64,000 nt of DNA from a virus. Under the pieces are notes generated by a model, which saw nothing but the letters and a program-made list of their open reading frames with translations, did no database searches and had not been told where the DNA came from. The position numbers were made by a program, and so were the translations under genes. The stretch spans positions 32,001 to 96,000 of IMG/VR virus record IMGVR_UViG_3300023202_000205, one strand, 5' to 3'. Positions 52,468 to 62,570 of this stretch are shown here, piece after piece. The stretch's first letter is position 1; each line of letters opens with the position of its first letter.

Positions 52468-55400
52468 CTAAAGGATGCGCCATCCGTGCGTTGTAGTAAA
52501 GTGCAAGGTGGCTGACTCATTGGTGGCCAATGTGATGTCGGAGGCCGCGCCATCGATGTTATTCCCGTTCCGACCTATAGTCACCGTGTTAGTGCTATCC
52601 ACCGATTTGACGTAGTATGTCTGTCCCTCGGTAGGTGCTGCATCGAGGTCGAGTGTGGCCGTGTTGCTCGAACCGTCGAGGTAAAAGACCGTATCGGTGC
52701 CGTCTGCGGTCGCATCGGGCGTGCCACCAGCCCCGGTAACGGTCTGCACACCGGCGTAGATGACCCCCTGGTCCAGCTGCGCATTAGTGGCAACGGTAGC
52801 CAGGGTCTCGGTAAAGGTCATTCGAGTAACAAGCGAGCTCGGCGAGGTCCCACTCCCACCGACCGAGCCGGTTTGAATGCGTACCTCACCCGGTGTGCCA
52901 GCCCCCGTGTTCAGACCACCGGCAATGGTAACATGGGCTCCACGGTCATCGGTACCGCTACCACCTGTACCATGATACGTCACATCGTTGGGGTTGCTCG
53001 TAACAACACCCCCTCCAATATAGACGTCACGCACGTCTCGCCCGTTGTTGTCGTCACCTACAACAAACTGTTGCCCACCCGTGGCATGCGCCGCTCGACC
53101 GATAACGTAAGACTGGTGTTGACAATCGGCTCCCGTGCCGATCGCGATACCATCGTTACCGGAACCATTGGCGTCGGCGCCAATCACCACTGAGTCTGCG
53201 CTCGAGCTAGCGTCACGGCCGATAGCCACACCATTTTTAAATGTGGCACTTGCGTCACTACCAATGGCCACAGCTTCGTTCCCAGTGGCCGTCACACCGT
53301 GCCCAATAGCTACCGCTCCCGTACCTCCAAGCGTAGCGTTCTGGCTGATCACTACCCGTTCGCTGCCATCCTCCAGTCCAAGGATACCGTCGATAAAAGT
53401 ATTAGCCCCGAAGCCGCCGCCACCGCCGACAATCAGCGCACCGTTGGTCGAAGCAGTCGAGGCGGTAGTGCTAGAGAACGTCGTGTCCCCACTATCAGCA
53501 TCGACAGTGATCCGGGTGGTGAGCGAATTAGGAGACGAGCCACTGACACCGGAAGGGGTCGTCTGGATTAGTACATCCCCACCGAGTCCCGCACCCGTAC
53601 TCTTACCACCAGCAATGACGAAATCGGTACCTCCCACATCCGTACCGCTACCCCCTGATGTGTTCAACCTCACCTGGGAAGTTGGGGTGGTTGCAGTCAC
53701 CGGTCCGAAGAAAGTCTCAATAGGGGGGCTGCCAGCTGAACCGATAACAAATTGATTAGAAGCCGTGGAGACGGCATTTCTGCCAAGGCAAATGGAGCTG
53801 CTATCAGCAGCGTTGGCACCCCCACCAACCGCTACCGAATCCGCCACGGCAAAGGCAGAACGCCCAATAGCGATGCTCCAGTTACCTGAAGCATCAGACC
53901 CAACGCCGACTGCTACGGCAGCGAACCCAGTACCGGCTATGGCACCAGAGCCTACAGCCGTCGATACATTGCCTATAGCTTGAGCGTTTTCCCCGATCGC
54001 CGTGCAATCGTCCGTTCCTGCAGCACCGTCAGAACGGTTGCCGACAAAAGTGTGTCGAGTACCCGTGGCTGTACGGCCTGCAGAACGACCAACACCTGTA
54101 TTACCAATTTCAGTAGTGATATTTTCTAGACTCAATTGGCCGATGGCGGTATTGTTAACACCGCTCGTCATGTTACCAAGAGCATCGGTCCCTATTGCGA
54201 TGTTCGAGTCGGCGGCTGCATCATTAGCAGCGTTCAGAGCGTCCCGACCGATGGCGATGTTGTTGGCCATACCGGTCACAACGGCGGACATGGCGCCCAG
54301 ATTGGAGGTAGCCAGGTTATCCGTGCCTGTGCCCAGAAGCCTTAGCTGGCCCAGCCCCTCCCCTATTACCAGGTCCGTGCCCGAATCGTTGGTAAAGACT
54401 AGAACACTCGGAGAATCATTACGGACCCAAATAGTACCAGTACCAGCCGGTGTACCTACTGGGTCAGCTGCCTGTTCAGCCATATTCAGCGCAATAGCGC
54501 TCAAATTACCCGACATCGATATGTCGCCGGCTGTGTCGAGTACCAACTGTCCCGAGTTACCCTCAGTGAACAAACTGATTGGTCTCGTAAGACCGCTCCC
54601 AAGCGTCTGATTACGAATCTCGTACTGCAGGTTGCCAGAATCCCAGCCGACAAAGAGCGCCTCGGTATCAGGCGAACCTGACGTACCTGTGTTATCGATC
54701 AGCAACGCAACATCGTCAGTGTTGTTATTATCCTGAGAGGCTAACTCTACCAGGAAGTCTGTCGTTGTCGTACCACCCTGGACCAGGAGATCGTTGCTCT
54801 GAGCAGTAAAAATAACATCCTGTACGCCCGATGCCACAACGGACAAAGTCCCGAGTACCAGCTCGGCGGGAGTATACCCAGTAGCGCCTGTGTTAACCGT
54901 CGTAGTAGGCTCTGTCTCACTATCTACGAAGAGCTTGAACCGTCCACCGTCATCCGCATCTCGGAAAAGACCCGCATACTTGGCAGTAGTACCTGTGTCA
55001 TATTCTGCATAGAGGCCGACATCTAGCGTGTCAGAAGTATTGCCGTTAGCCAACTTGATCAGCGGGTCCTCAACAACGAGGTTGTCTGTATTGTGAGTCA
55101 CCACTGTGCCATTAACAGTCAGATCTCCATTAACCGTGGCGTCGGTCACTGTCAAATTACGAGAAGCATCGAGAACAACGTTGCTATCGTGTTGGAGAGT
55201 TGTACCACTCGACAAGTTGACGGAAGTCGAAGTAATACCAACAATACTGTTATTGCCTACCTGAAGTAGCAAGCTTTGTCCACTAGCCGCGTTCAGAATC
55301 GTTTGGCCCGAGGCTAGCTGCAGAAGCGCGAATTCGTCACTTGCGGACATATCCACATGACTGATATAGGAACGGTCACTCACCCGGCTATCGATCAGTG

Positions 55401-56568
55401 TACGCCCTAGAATGGTCGTACGGTCGGTATCGTTACCAACTGTCAGATCATCTGTAGTATCCAGCGTTCCTGTGATGTCCGTATTACCAGTCAGGCTAGT
55501 CGTACCCGTGACCGACGTATCACCTTGTATATCAAAGATACCATCACGGCCAGCGCCGCCAGATCCGGCTGCTCCGGGGATGGCAACAATGTCACCACCT
55601 CTTGGGTCATTTGCCGAATGCGCACTACCTCCCTGGGCCCTCAGGTAAGTGTCCACCCCGTCCGTATCGGCCGTCGGATGAACAAAAGCACCTGGGTCTG
55701 ACACTGGTTGAAACTTGAACTGAGCGTCTGCCAGCCCGGCGTCCTGCTCCACAAACCAGAATGAAAGAGAGGACCTGTGGGCGGTAGCGTCAGTACGTGT
55801 GAGTGGAGTACCCCCTGTAGTACCCTGCCAGACAGATATGCCTGCTTGGGCGTGGTGCCCTACGGAATAAGTGGTTGACCCCTGGATGAACTCCACCCAG
55901 CCACCACTGCCATCAACCTGTAGGATCGTATCCTCTGTGGCACTGTCCGCAGCTGAGATGGTGCCTCCCGCTGCCCGAATAACGCCACCCACACCAAGGC
56001 CGCCGCCTGTTACCAATGCGCCCGTAGTAGCGTCGGTCGAAACGGTTGTGTCACCAACAGTCAGTCCAGTACCGGCTACATAAGTCAGATTTGCATCACC
56101 TTCGAGTGTGTCTGAGTCTACCCAGACGGCAACCTGGTCGGTTGCCCCGCTACCGTCGATTGAAATACCGCCACCTGGCGAGGCTGCCACAATATCGTTG
56201 TCATCTTCATCTCGATAGACGAGCGCCTTGTCACTATCACGAACCCACAGGAACCCAAAACCAGATCCAGGACCGGAAGGGAGGTCGGTAAGAGCGGTCA
56301 GATCCGCTCTGCTCGCAATGAGCAACCCACCATCAAGAATGTTCGCCCCAACCGTACTCGCCTTGAACCGATCAGTTCCGAGAATCGTATTAACGATCCC
56401 CTCTTCTCCAGCTGTACGATCAAACCAGTACCCGAGACGCCCAGCGTCAGTGTGAGCAGCAGGATCCGTATCGCCATCCGCTAACGCTGCCGCGATAGCC
56501 AAGTCCCCGTTGGAACCCAGTACCCGGCTACGGAGGCCTTTCTTTGCTTCAAAGCTTTGTTCCGCCAT
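52468..56568 (-). CDS. Long mosaic tail fibre / adhesin (1366 aa)
   Basis: G/T/D-rich; YadA/Hep_Hag-like repeats (A.A.G..A.A...AVAIG); 'DLTVNGT....NT.NL.VEDPLI.L' fibre motif; duplicated GGSGTD..G....IAGG..TGAG..G.V.IQT; C-terminal 'TVTIGRNGNNIDG...DITL..NES.TL......GW'. Confidence 0.8.
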   Translation of the reverse strand: MAEQSFEAKKGLRSRVLGSNGDLAIAAALADGDTDPAAHTDAGRLGYWFDRTAGEEGIVNTILGTDRFKASTVGANILDGGLLIASRADLTALTDLPSGPGSGFGFLWVRDSDKALVYRDEDDNDIVAASPGGGISIDGSGATDQVAVWVDSDTLEGDANLTYVAGTGLTVGDTTVSTDATTGALVTGGGLGVGGVIRAAGGTISAADSATEDTILQVDGSGGWVEFIQGSTTYSVGHHAQAGISVWQGTTGGTPLTRTDATAHRSSLSFWFVEQDAGLADAQFKFQPVSDPGAFVHPTADTDGVDTYLRAQGGSAHSANDPRGGDIVAIPGAAGSGGAGRDGIFDIQGDTSVTGTTSLTGNTDITGTLDTTDDLTVGNDTDRTTILGRTLIDSRVSDRSYISHVDMSASDEFALLQLASGQTILNAASGQSLLLQVGNNSIVGITSTSVNLSSGTTLQHDSNVVLDASRNLTVTDATVNGDLTVNGTVVTHNTDNLVVEDPLIKLANGNTSDTLDVGLYAEYDTGTTAKYAGLFRDADDGGRFKLFVDSETEPTTTVNTGATGYTPAELVLGTLSVVASGVQDVIFTAQSNDLLVQGGTTTTDFLVELASQDNNNTDDVALLIDNTGTSGSPDTEALFVGWDSGNLQYEIRNQTLGSGLTRPISLFTEGNSGQLVLDTAGDISMSGNLSAIALNMAEQAADPVGTPAGTGTIWVRNDSPSVLVFTNDSGTDLVIGEGLGQLRLLGTGTDNLATSNLGAMSAVVTGMANNIAIGRDALNAANDAAADSNIAIGTDALGNMTSGVNNTAIGQLSLENITTEIGNTGVGRSAGRTATGTRHTFVGNRSDGAAGTDDCTAIGENAQAIGNVSTAVGSGAIAGTGFAAVAVGVGSDASGNWSIAIGRSAFAVADSVAVGGGANAADSSSICLGRNAVSTASNQFVIGSAGSPPIETFFGPVTATTPTSQVRLNTSGGSGTDVGGTDFVIAGGKSTGAGLGGDVLIQTTPSGVSGSSPNSLTTRITVDADSGDTTFSSTTASTASTNGALIVGGGGGFGANTFIDGILGLEDGSERVVISQNATLGGTGAVAIGHGVTATGNEAVAIGSDASATFKNGVAIGRDASSSADSVVIGADANGSGNDGIAIGTGADCQHQSYVIGRAAHATGGQQFVVGDDNNGRDVRDVYIGGGVVTSNPNDVTYHGTGGSGTDDRGAHVTIAGGLNTGAGTPGEVRIQTGSVGGSGTSPSSLVTRMTFTETLATVATNAQLDQGVIYAGVQTVTGAGGTPDATADGTDTVFYLDGSSNTATLDLDAAPTEGQTYYVKSVDSTNTVTIGRNGNNIDGAASDITLATNESATLHFTTTHGWRIL

Positions 56569-56600
56569 GACGATACGTCTCCTGAATTAGCCTGAAGTGG

Positions 56601-57008
56601 CTAGTCGACCTCTAGTTCTTTGATCAGATTAGCCACGTGAGCCGTAAGCACCCAGACTCCCTGTCGGAGATGCTCTCGGACACACTTCCGGCAAGCTTTC
56701 CGCTCACCTTCGGTAAGCTCTAGACTGACAGGCTCGTTAGCCATCTCCGCTACACGACCCTCATAGGCTTCCGCAGTCTCCTTGTCTTCTGGAAGAGGGA
56801 GCTGCTTGAGATCCACCAGCTTGCTCTGTGCCACATTCACCGCGTCGAGAGTCACCTCAATAGGCTGCTCTTTATACCAGCCCCGGCCTGGTAAGTGGTC
56901 TTTGAGTAGAAGCGCCGCACCTCGTGTAAGGTTATGCGTGATCGTCTTTTTATCGGCTGTCGCCGTCGATTCGTCTGCCATCAGAGTTCCCTTTCCGTCT
57001 TCTGGCAT
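56601..57008 (-). CDS. Hypothetical protein (possible fibre chaperone)
   Basis: 135-aa ORF directly upstream of the fibre gene; the start could be ATG 56981. Confidence 0.55.
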   Translation of the reverse strand: MPEDGKGTLMADESTATADKKTITHNLTRGAALLLKDHLPGRGWYKEQPIEVTLDAVNVAQSKLVDLKQLPLPEDKETAEAYEGRVAEMANEPVSLELTEGERKACRKCVREHLRQGVWVLTAHVANLIKELEVD

Positions 57009-57027
57009 GTTTTCTATAAATCTACGT

Positions 57028-57672
57028 CTACACAGACATAGAAGAGATCCTATTTACTTTGACATCCCACGTCGATGAGCCCCCTGGCTGTGTTGCCTGC
57101 AGCTCAACGGTCCCCGCATTCCACACGATAGCGAACGAGATTTCACCGGCAGAACCAGGAGTAAGGACTAGTCCGAAACTGGTAGGATAAACGGCTGCTC
57201 CGTCATGCGTAACACGGTGAAGCTCGGTATACCGATCCCCGGCGACATCCGTACGAACCGCAGTCACCTCCCAGGTAACCGAGTCCACGTCGGCAGCGGT
57301 GAAACTGTCCACTACACGGGTCTCATTGGTAATCCCGACAATCGTCGGAAAGTCAGAACCTTCCAAAGCCACCGTCCGCGTGGCCCCAGCAGTATCCACA
57401 TACCGCAAGCGGGTCGTACCGGTGACGTCGGTCAGGAAGATGTCGCCAGAAACAAGAGAGCCAGGGGCTCCCGGGATGATGCGACACCAGAAACGGCCGT
57501 CGCCTTTAGCGCCAAAGCGAGCCACTCCCTGGTTGTCGAACTGATAGATGAAGGCGTCGTCGTCCAGCGACAGAATCGAGCTGAACTCCTCAGAGGGGCC
57601 TGCCGTACTCGTTTCGTCGCCGATACGAAGGCGGCCCGCGCTCTGAATATCACTTACAGGATTCACCGGCAT
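57028..57672 (-). CDS. Virion structural beta-sandwich protein
   Basis: 'VDSFTAADVDSVTWEV......D.Y.....VTHDG..VY.T.FG' resembles baseplate/fibre-associated domains. Confidence 0.55.
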   Translation of the reverse strand: MPVNPVSDIQSAGRLRIGDETSTAGPSEEFSSILSLDDDAFIYQFDNQGVARFGAKGDGRFWCRIIPGAPGSLVSGDIFLTDVTGTTRLRYVDTAGATRTVALEGSDFPTIVGITNETRVVDSFTAADVDSVTWEVTAVRTDVAGDRYTELHRVTHDGAAVYPTSFGLVLTPGSAGEISFAIVWNAGTVELQATQPGGSSTWDVKVNRISSMSV

Positions 57673-57727
57673 AGACTGCTCCCACCAACCTCAACGACAT
57701 TCTAGGCGAGAGCAGCCTGACGGCAAT

Positions 57728-58375
57728 CTAACTGTTCTTACCAAGCACCTTGGCCAACTCGTCCAGCTGGCCTTGGATCTTGGCTTTCCTCGTCTTCGGG
57801 AGTACCTCTCCAAGTGCCAGCAGAGCCTCGCCCATTTGGTAGACCGCTTCCGGAATCTCCAAAGTCAGCTTCCCCCGCTCCGTGGACGGCTCTGGCTCAG
57901 AGGTACTCTCCTCTGCCACCGACTTCTCAGAGACCGCCTCATCCCCCTTTAGCTGAGCTCCCTCCGCCAGGGCTTTCTGATTCTGACGAACCAGGTCTGC
58001 CGACGTCAGATCATTGCTGGCTTGGCCGAAGGCATCTGGGCCCTTCTCTTTCGGGTCTGTTTCCCGCACCCCAGGGGCATGCTTTGGGGCATCCTCCATC
58101 TGTGCATCATGGTAGCCTTGCGCCTTCTTGTGCGCGTCAGGATCGCCATCATAGTCTGGCGCCCACTGCATCGTATTGGCTCCGTCGAATTCAGCGCCCA
58201 CGTCGATAATGCCCAGATTAGCCTTCTTGCCCTCCCCGGAAGGGATCCAACGCCCTGTGTTGTGGTAAATAGGCGGTGTCGTGAATGCACACTGCATCCC
58301 CGAGCGGTCGATTGCGTAGGCAATGGCGTCCGGAAGTACCTTCCGAATACGAGCCCAGCCGTGAGCGTTAGGCAT
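57728..58375 (-). CDS. Hypothetical protein
   Basis: 215-aa ORF with coupled overlap to the upstream gene. Confidence 0.55.
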   Translation of the reverse strand: MPNAHGWARIRKVLPDAIAYAIDRSGMQCAFTTPPIYHNTGRWIPSGEGKKANLGIIDVGAEFDGANTMQWAPDYDGDPDAHKKAQGYHDAQMEDAPKHAPGVRETDPKEKGPDAFGQASNDLTSADLVRQNQKALAEGAQLKGDEAVSEKSVAEESTSEPEPSTERGKLTLEIPEAVYQMGEALLALGEVLPKTRKAKIQGQLDELAKVLGKNS

Positions 58376-59210
58376 CGGTCTTCTCCTGGTGTGAGTTAAG
58401 TAGTTGGTCTAGGTGGATTTCAGAATAGCTGGCGCCTGTGTAAGCCGGGTCCCCATAAAAGCGGAACACATCCTCCACCTCCATGGGAATGACGTGGCAG
58501 CCAAACAACTGGGAAGTGTCTGGACTCAGAGCATACCTTGAAAAGGCCGCAAGGAACCTGTCGAGTGTCTTGTGAGCAACATGGACCTCCTTCGGCCCAG
58601 CCTTTCGATTTCCGCTAGCATCGTAAATAGCTTTCATAGCCTTCTTTAGAGAGCCGGCTAGTTGAATCGACCGTACTGGGTACCCCACATAAAGCAGTCC
58701 TCGTGCCCCCATCTGAGCGTCCTGTACCCCGGGAACGTGGGTCTCTCCAGCTGCTGATCGGACGGTGTCTTCGTCGATGTCAGCACGGATATCGAACTCC
58801 CTAGGACGCACCACGCGGGGATTGGGTCTGTTTCGCTCAGCACTCAAACCAATGCGTTCAGGCTCGATGTGTTCGTCAAATGGGGAAGAGGCTCCCTCAT
58901 CTCCCATGACCACATAGGTTTGCCCAGTCGGCTTTCCGTGCTCATCGAACATCGGTTGTACGCCCGCCTGCTCCATCAACTGACGGCGCCTCTCGGGAGT
59001 CAGTTCTTGGCCATCTTCTCCAACAACTACGGGGACGTACTCCTGATGCCGGTCAGCTACGTGTACGTCGGGGAGTGCTATGTTGTGTCTATAAGCAGAG
59101 ATAGCACGCTCCGATGCTTCTCGAGAGGGGCTCACGGTGTGGATGAGTGGTACTTCCTCGCTATTTCCAAAGGAACTCCCACCGGTGTTACTAAACGGAT
59201 CGGACATCAC
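58368..59210 (-). CDS. Hypothetical protein
   Basis: 280-aa ORF with ATGA-type overlap to its neighbour. Confidence 0.6.
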   Translation of the reverse strand: MMSDPFSNTGGSSFGNSEEVPLIHTVSPSREASERAISAYRHNIALPDVHVADRHQEYVPVVVGEDGQELTPERRRQLMEQAGVQPMFDEHGKPTGQTYVVMGDEGASSPFDEHIEPERIGLSAERNRPNPRVVRPREFDIRADIDEDTVRSAAGETHVPGVQDAQMGARGLLYVGYPVRSIQLAGSLKKAMKAIYDASGNRKAGPKEVHVAHKTLDRFLAAFSRYALSPDTSQLFGCHVIPMEVEDVFRFYGDPAYTGASYSEIHLDQLLNSHQEKTDA

Positions 59211-59605
59211 ACTGCCTGTAGTCGGTTTGACGTAACCTTGTAGGACCAGAGAGGAAGCCGGGAGAGGTGGTCGATGACCTCCTTTGAGCTCCCGAACGCC
59301 GTCACATTAACCATACTCCCTTCTACGTCAATTTGCAAGGACGGTGCCTCACGGGACAGGAGTTCCTCGATCAGAAGGGCGTCTGCGTTCTGGTAGATCG
59401 TCAACCGATTCCCAGCTATAGATAGGCTGCCTAAGGATTTTTCGAAACGTCTATAACCCTCCGGGTCATCGCTATCGACCGCCAAGGCATTTGGCCAGAA
59501 CTCGATGATTCGGCTAAAAACGTACATTAGGATCTCTTGAGGCTGAGCCTCCATAGGTACTTCAAACTGCATAGGCTTCCCCGGGAACGGTGACGAGTAG
59601 GACAA
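59207..59605 (-). CDS. Hypothetical protein
   Basis: 132-aa ORF; start is either TTG 59605 or ATG 59572. Confidence 0.55.
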   Translation of the reverse strand: MSYSSPFPGKPMQFEVPMEAQPQEILMYVFSRIIEFWPNALAVDSDDPEGYRRFEKSLGSLSIAGNRLTIYQNADALLIEELLSREAPSLQIDVEGSMVNVTAFGSSKEVIDHLSRLPLWSYKVTSNRLQAV

Positions 59606-59623
59606 AGTGTTCGCGTGAACACT
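59606..59623. promoter_or_regulatory. Palindromic junction motif (7-bp arms)
   Basis: agtgttc-gcgt-gaacact in the 27-nt gap between two genes. Confidence 0.72.
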
Positions 59624-59632
59624 CTTGAAGAC

Positions 59633-60127
59633 TCAGAAAAAGTACAGTCGTACCATCTGTGATTCAAGTGCCCTTACCGCAAGACCCATGTACCTCGCCC
59701 CCTGCCTACGCTGGGTCTCCATGAACTGCTCATAGGCCTCTGGGGTGTCTGGTATATCGAAACTCTTACCAACCAAGGAGTTGGGCTTAGCCGGCACTGG
59801 CATGGGTGGGCGAGCCGTACTAACCGCCCTATTGGCTGTCGGATCAACTGACCAGTCCTCGTCTGGGTTGATCTGCCTCAGTAGCTTGCCGACCTTGGCC
59901 GGCTCCTCTGAAAGGACGTCCAGCATTGAGTGCCGACAGCTACCACAGCCCGGCTTATCCCGGAACTTGTTCAACGTCTCCCCATGCTGAGGCCAGAGCT
60001 TCACGAACTCACGACCAATCCTGCGCTCCTCATCCGACTGATTGTTTACGTCGGGGGTGCGAAGAAAGTCGAGTACCGTATTGAGATTAACCCGTTTACC
60101 CACGTTACTCCTTACACGGATTTCCAA
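59633..60127 (-). CDS. Hypothetical protein with a CxxC motif
   Basis: KPGCGSCRHSM; 164 aa. Confidence 0.55.
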   Translation of the reverse strand: MEIRVRSNVGKRVNLNTVLDFLRTPDVNNQSDEERRIGREFVKLWPQHGETLNKFRDKPGCGSCRHSMLDVLSEEPAKVGKLLRQINPDEDWSVDPTANRAVSTARPPMPVPAKPNSLVGKSFDIPDTPEAYEQFMETQRRQGARYMGLAVRALESQMVRLYFF

Positions 60128-62522
60128 TACACCAGCGCCTATTCAACCGACGTACGTTGATTGTACAGGGCTCCGGCCCCTGATTGAGCCCAGGCTGCTC
60201 GAACGGACCACCCCCTCCGTTTTCACAATCTTCTGACGTGCAATCATAGCACGGACACGTGTCTCTGGTTGGGGGAGCTGGGGCATCTACATAGTTGGCT
60301 CTGAGGAGCAGGAACTGCTCACAGTTGGCCTCGTCCGGATGGTCAACAATCATCGTCGTACACTCCGCTGCGCTAATACAGCAGTCAGCTGTCTTGGTTG
60401 ACCGTTGAGTATACGGGATTGGTCCATCATGGTTGAGAAACTTGAAGGGTACCGCACACCCAGGTGAGTCGGTAGTCGTGAGGAGCATGATACCATCCTC
60501 TTCCGTCTCAGAGAGGATGGTCTCCTCAATACACTCCTCGATGAACCACCTTTCTCTTACTTCACTCTCACACTCGGTGACTACTTCAATCGACGTAGTT
60601 GGGAATGCGGTGGGTATAACGACGTCCGACACACCCGCCGTCACCGTTTCCAAATTGGTAATCAGACCGATAGCAGATGTCTCAAGTGATGCCACCAGAT
60701 CGATCGTTGAAATATCGATAGCAGTAGCCACCTCCGCGCTGTCGGCTACCACATTTATCGTATTGATATTTGAGATAACGTCGACCCCACCGGGCACTAT
60801 GCCAAGAGACGTGATCAAATCGATAACCGTCGTACCAGCGGCTACCGTGGTGACATCCGTTACTACAGTAAGCGTGGAGGTAACGGTACCATCACAGACC
60901 ACCAGTTCCGCCGTCCCTAGCGCACTCACCAACCCGCCATTTCCAACTGGCAAAGTGACTCCCACGTCTTGCCCAATTGCTGTAACCGCCTCGATGTTCT
61001 GGACGTCGACGCTATCAACTAAACCACCTGGCTGTACGGAAGAGGCAAACGTGACAAGCCCGGTCTCGACGTTGGTCGCAACATCGACCGGAATAGTCGA
61101 GAACCCCGTTACGAGGTCGACAAGCCCACTCTCCAAAACCGAAACGAGTGCACCGTCTCCAACGGGTACCTGTATTGTCGCCGTCTCCAGATCAGTGACG
61201 AACTCCACCAAGTCCGTCTTGCAACTGGTCATCAGAGTCAGGTCAGTCGTAAAGCAGCTCGAAGGGATCGTAATCTCAGTCGTCGTAACAAACCAGCTAT
61301 CGAAGAAACTGACAGGTACCGACCGCTGAACCGGTTTGATAATATCCTCGGGAACAAAGCAGTCAGCCTGATCAGGCGTGACCGTTGCCTTACAATCCTC
61401 TGTGCAGAACTCCTCACACTCCGGTTTATAGATAACCGCCTGGCCTTCATAACCAGGGTTGGGGTGGTTCCAGTTGCCTGTCTTAGGAACGGTACGCCCA
61501 AACCTGCCGATAATCTCCACCTGAGCCATCGGGCAGTCAGGAATACCAGCACAGCTGACGTCACTAAGTAGTGACGCCCCGTACCCATTGGAGAAGTTGA
61601 CCACCCCTACATTGCAGGGATCAAGCTGGCGTAGCTGGTCGAGTGGGTAGACCTGGCCAGGCTCTGTTGCTCCGTAGAGCTCCATGGCCGCTTCCCACAA
61701 CTCTGAGTTCCGTGTACACTTCACACAACCACAGGTCTTGAGAAGTGCTAAGTAGAATGGGTGGGTGCATCTGACGGGAACGTTGAGGCCATTATTGACA
61801 ATGAATTGGCTTTTGTTCCCTTCAAAGTCTCCGCACTGGGCCGTGGGGTTACAGAGTGTTGAGAACAGTAACGCGTCTACGTTGGCCCCAGCCGCGCCTC
61901 CCGCACCTCCACCGCCGTCACCAGCAATAGCGCTTGTACACGCGCACGGGTCTGGGGGTGCTGGCGGGTCTGCAATACCCCCGCCAGCAGGGCCTTGCGT
62001 TTGAGGGACCGGGTTGTCCGGGCAGTCGTCAGGAGCTCCGTCGGACTTATAGAAGCCAACTGCCCCCGGCTCAAAAGTCATGAGCCGTTGCTCCAGCCCG
62101 TTGATGGCGATGGGCGACCCCATGTTGATCACCATCAGCCGTCCCGTCACGCTAACGACATCGCCGCCCCCGATCTTGGACTTGTTGAGCAAGACGATGT
62201 TCGTGTTCCACACGACCAGCGCCTCGGAGAGCGACATAGGGTTAACGCCAGCCCAGACGATATACGGACGCGCCGCCTGTGCAGCAGGGGCGCCTGACAA
62301 CAAACCGCCAGGCTCGGTGAACTTGATCTTGGGGCCTTCGGAAACGTTCCCTTCACCATCTACCCGGGTACCGGCTATCGGGGCACTAGGGTGCTCCAAG
62401 CGGGCGTAAACGGGGGATGTCAGGGGGAAGCTGACGGTGCCCGTACCTGTACCGGTGTTGGACCGTAACCACGGACCACTCGGTGAAGGATCGTCAGTTA
62501 AGTAGCCATCGGCCTGAGCCAT
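60105..62522 (-). CDS. Cys-rich, V/T-repeat fibre- or spike-like protein
   Basis: Likely start ATG 62522 (MAQADG). About 33 Cys clustered at both ends flank a V/T/D/S-rich repeat core (DLV..LET..I). Confidence 0.65.
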   Translation of the reverse strand: MAQADGYLTDDPSPSGPWLRSNTGTGTGTVSFPLTSPVYARLEHPSAPIAGTRVDGEGNVSEGPKIKFTEPGGLLSGAPAAQAARPYIVWAGVNPMSLSEALVVWNTNIVLLNKSKIGGGDVVSVTGRLMVINMGSPIAINGLEQRLMTFEPGAVGFYKSDGAPDDCPDNPVPQTQGPAGGGIADPPAPPDPCACTSAIAGDGGGGAGGAAGANVDALLFSTLCNPTAQCGDFEGNKSQFIVNNGLNVPVRCTHPFYLALLKTCGCVKCTRNSELWEAAMELYGATEPGQVYPLDQLRQLDPCNVGVVNFSNGYGASLLSDVSCAGIPDCPMAQVEIIGRFGRTVPKTGNWNHPNPGYEGQAVIYKPECEEFCTEDCKATVTPDQADCFVPEDIIKPVQRSVPVSFFDSWFVTTTEITIPSSCFTTDLTLMTSCKTDLVEFVTDLETATIQVPVGDGALVSVLESGLVDLVTGFSTIPVDVATNVETGLVTFASSVQPGGLVDSVDVQNIEAVTAIGQDVGVTLPVGNGGLVSALGTAELVVCDGTVTSTLTVVTDVTTVAAGTTVIDLITSLGIVPGGVDVISNINTINVVADSAEVATAIDISTIDLVASLETSAIGLITNLETVTAGVSDVVIPTAFPTTSIEVVTECESEVRERWFIEECIEETILSETEEDGIMLLTTTDSPGCAVPFKFLNHDGPIPYTQRSTKTADCCISAAECTTMIVDHPDEANCEQFLLLRANYVDAPAPPTRDTCPCYDCTSEDCENGGGGPFEQPGLNQGPEPCTINVRRLNRRWCIGNPCKE

Positions 62523-62536
62523 GAGTCCCCACACAC

Positions 62537-62558
62537 ATAGTGTTCGCGCGAACACTAT
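62537..62558. promoter_or_regulatory. Palindromic junction motif (perfect 22 bp)
   Basis: atagtgttcgcgcgaacactat ends 14 nt before ATG 62522. Confidence 0.75.
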
Positions 62559-62570
62559 AATCAGTTGGAT

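Noticed and set aside
26781-62558. Palindromes as CRISPR repeats or REP elements
   Set aside because: They are isolated single copies kilobases apart, with no spacers or clusters and no cas or RAYT gene.
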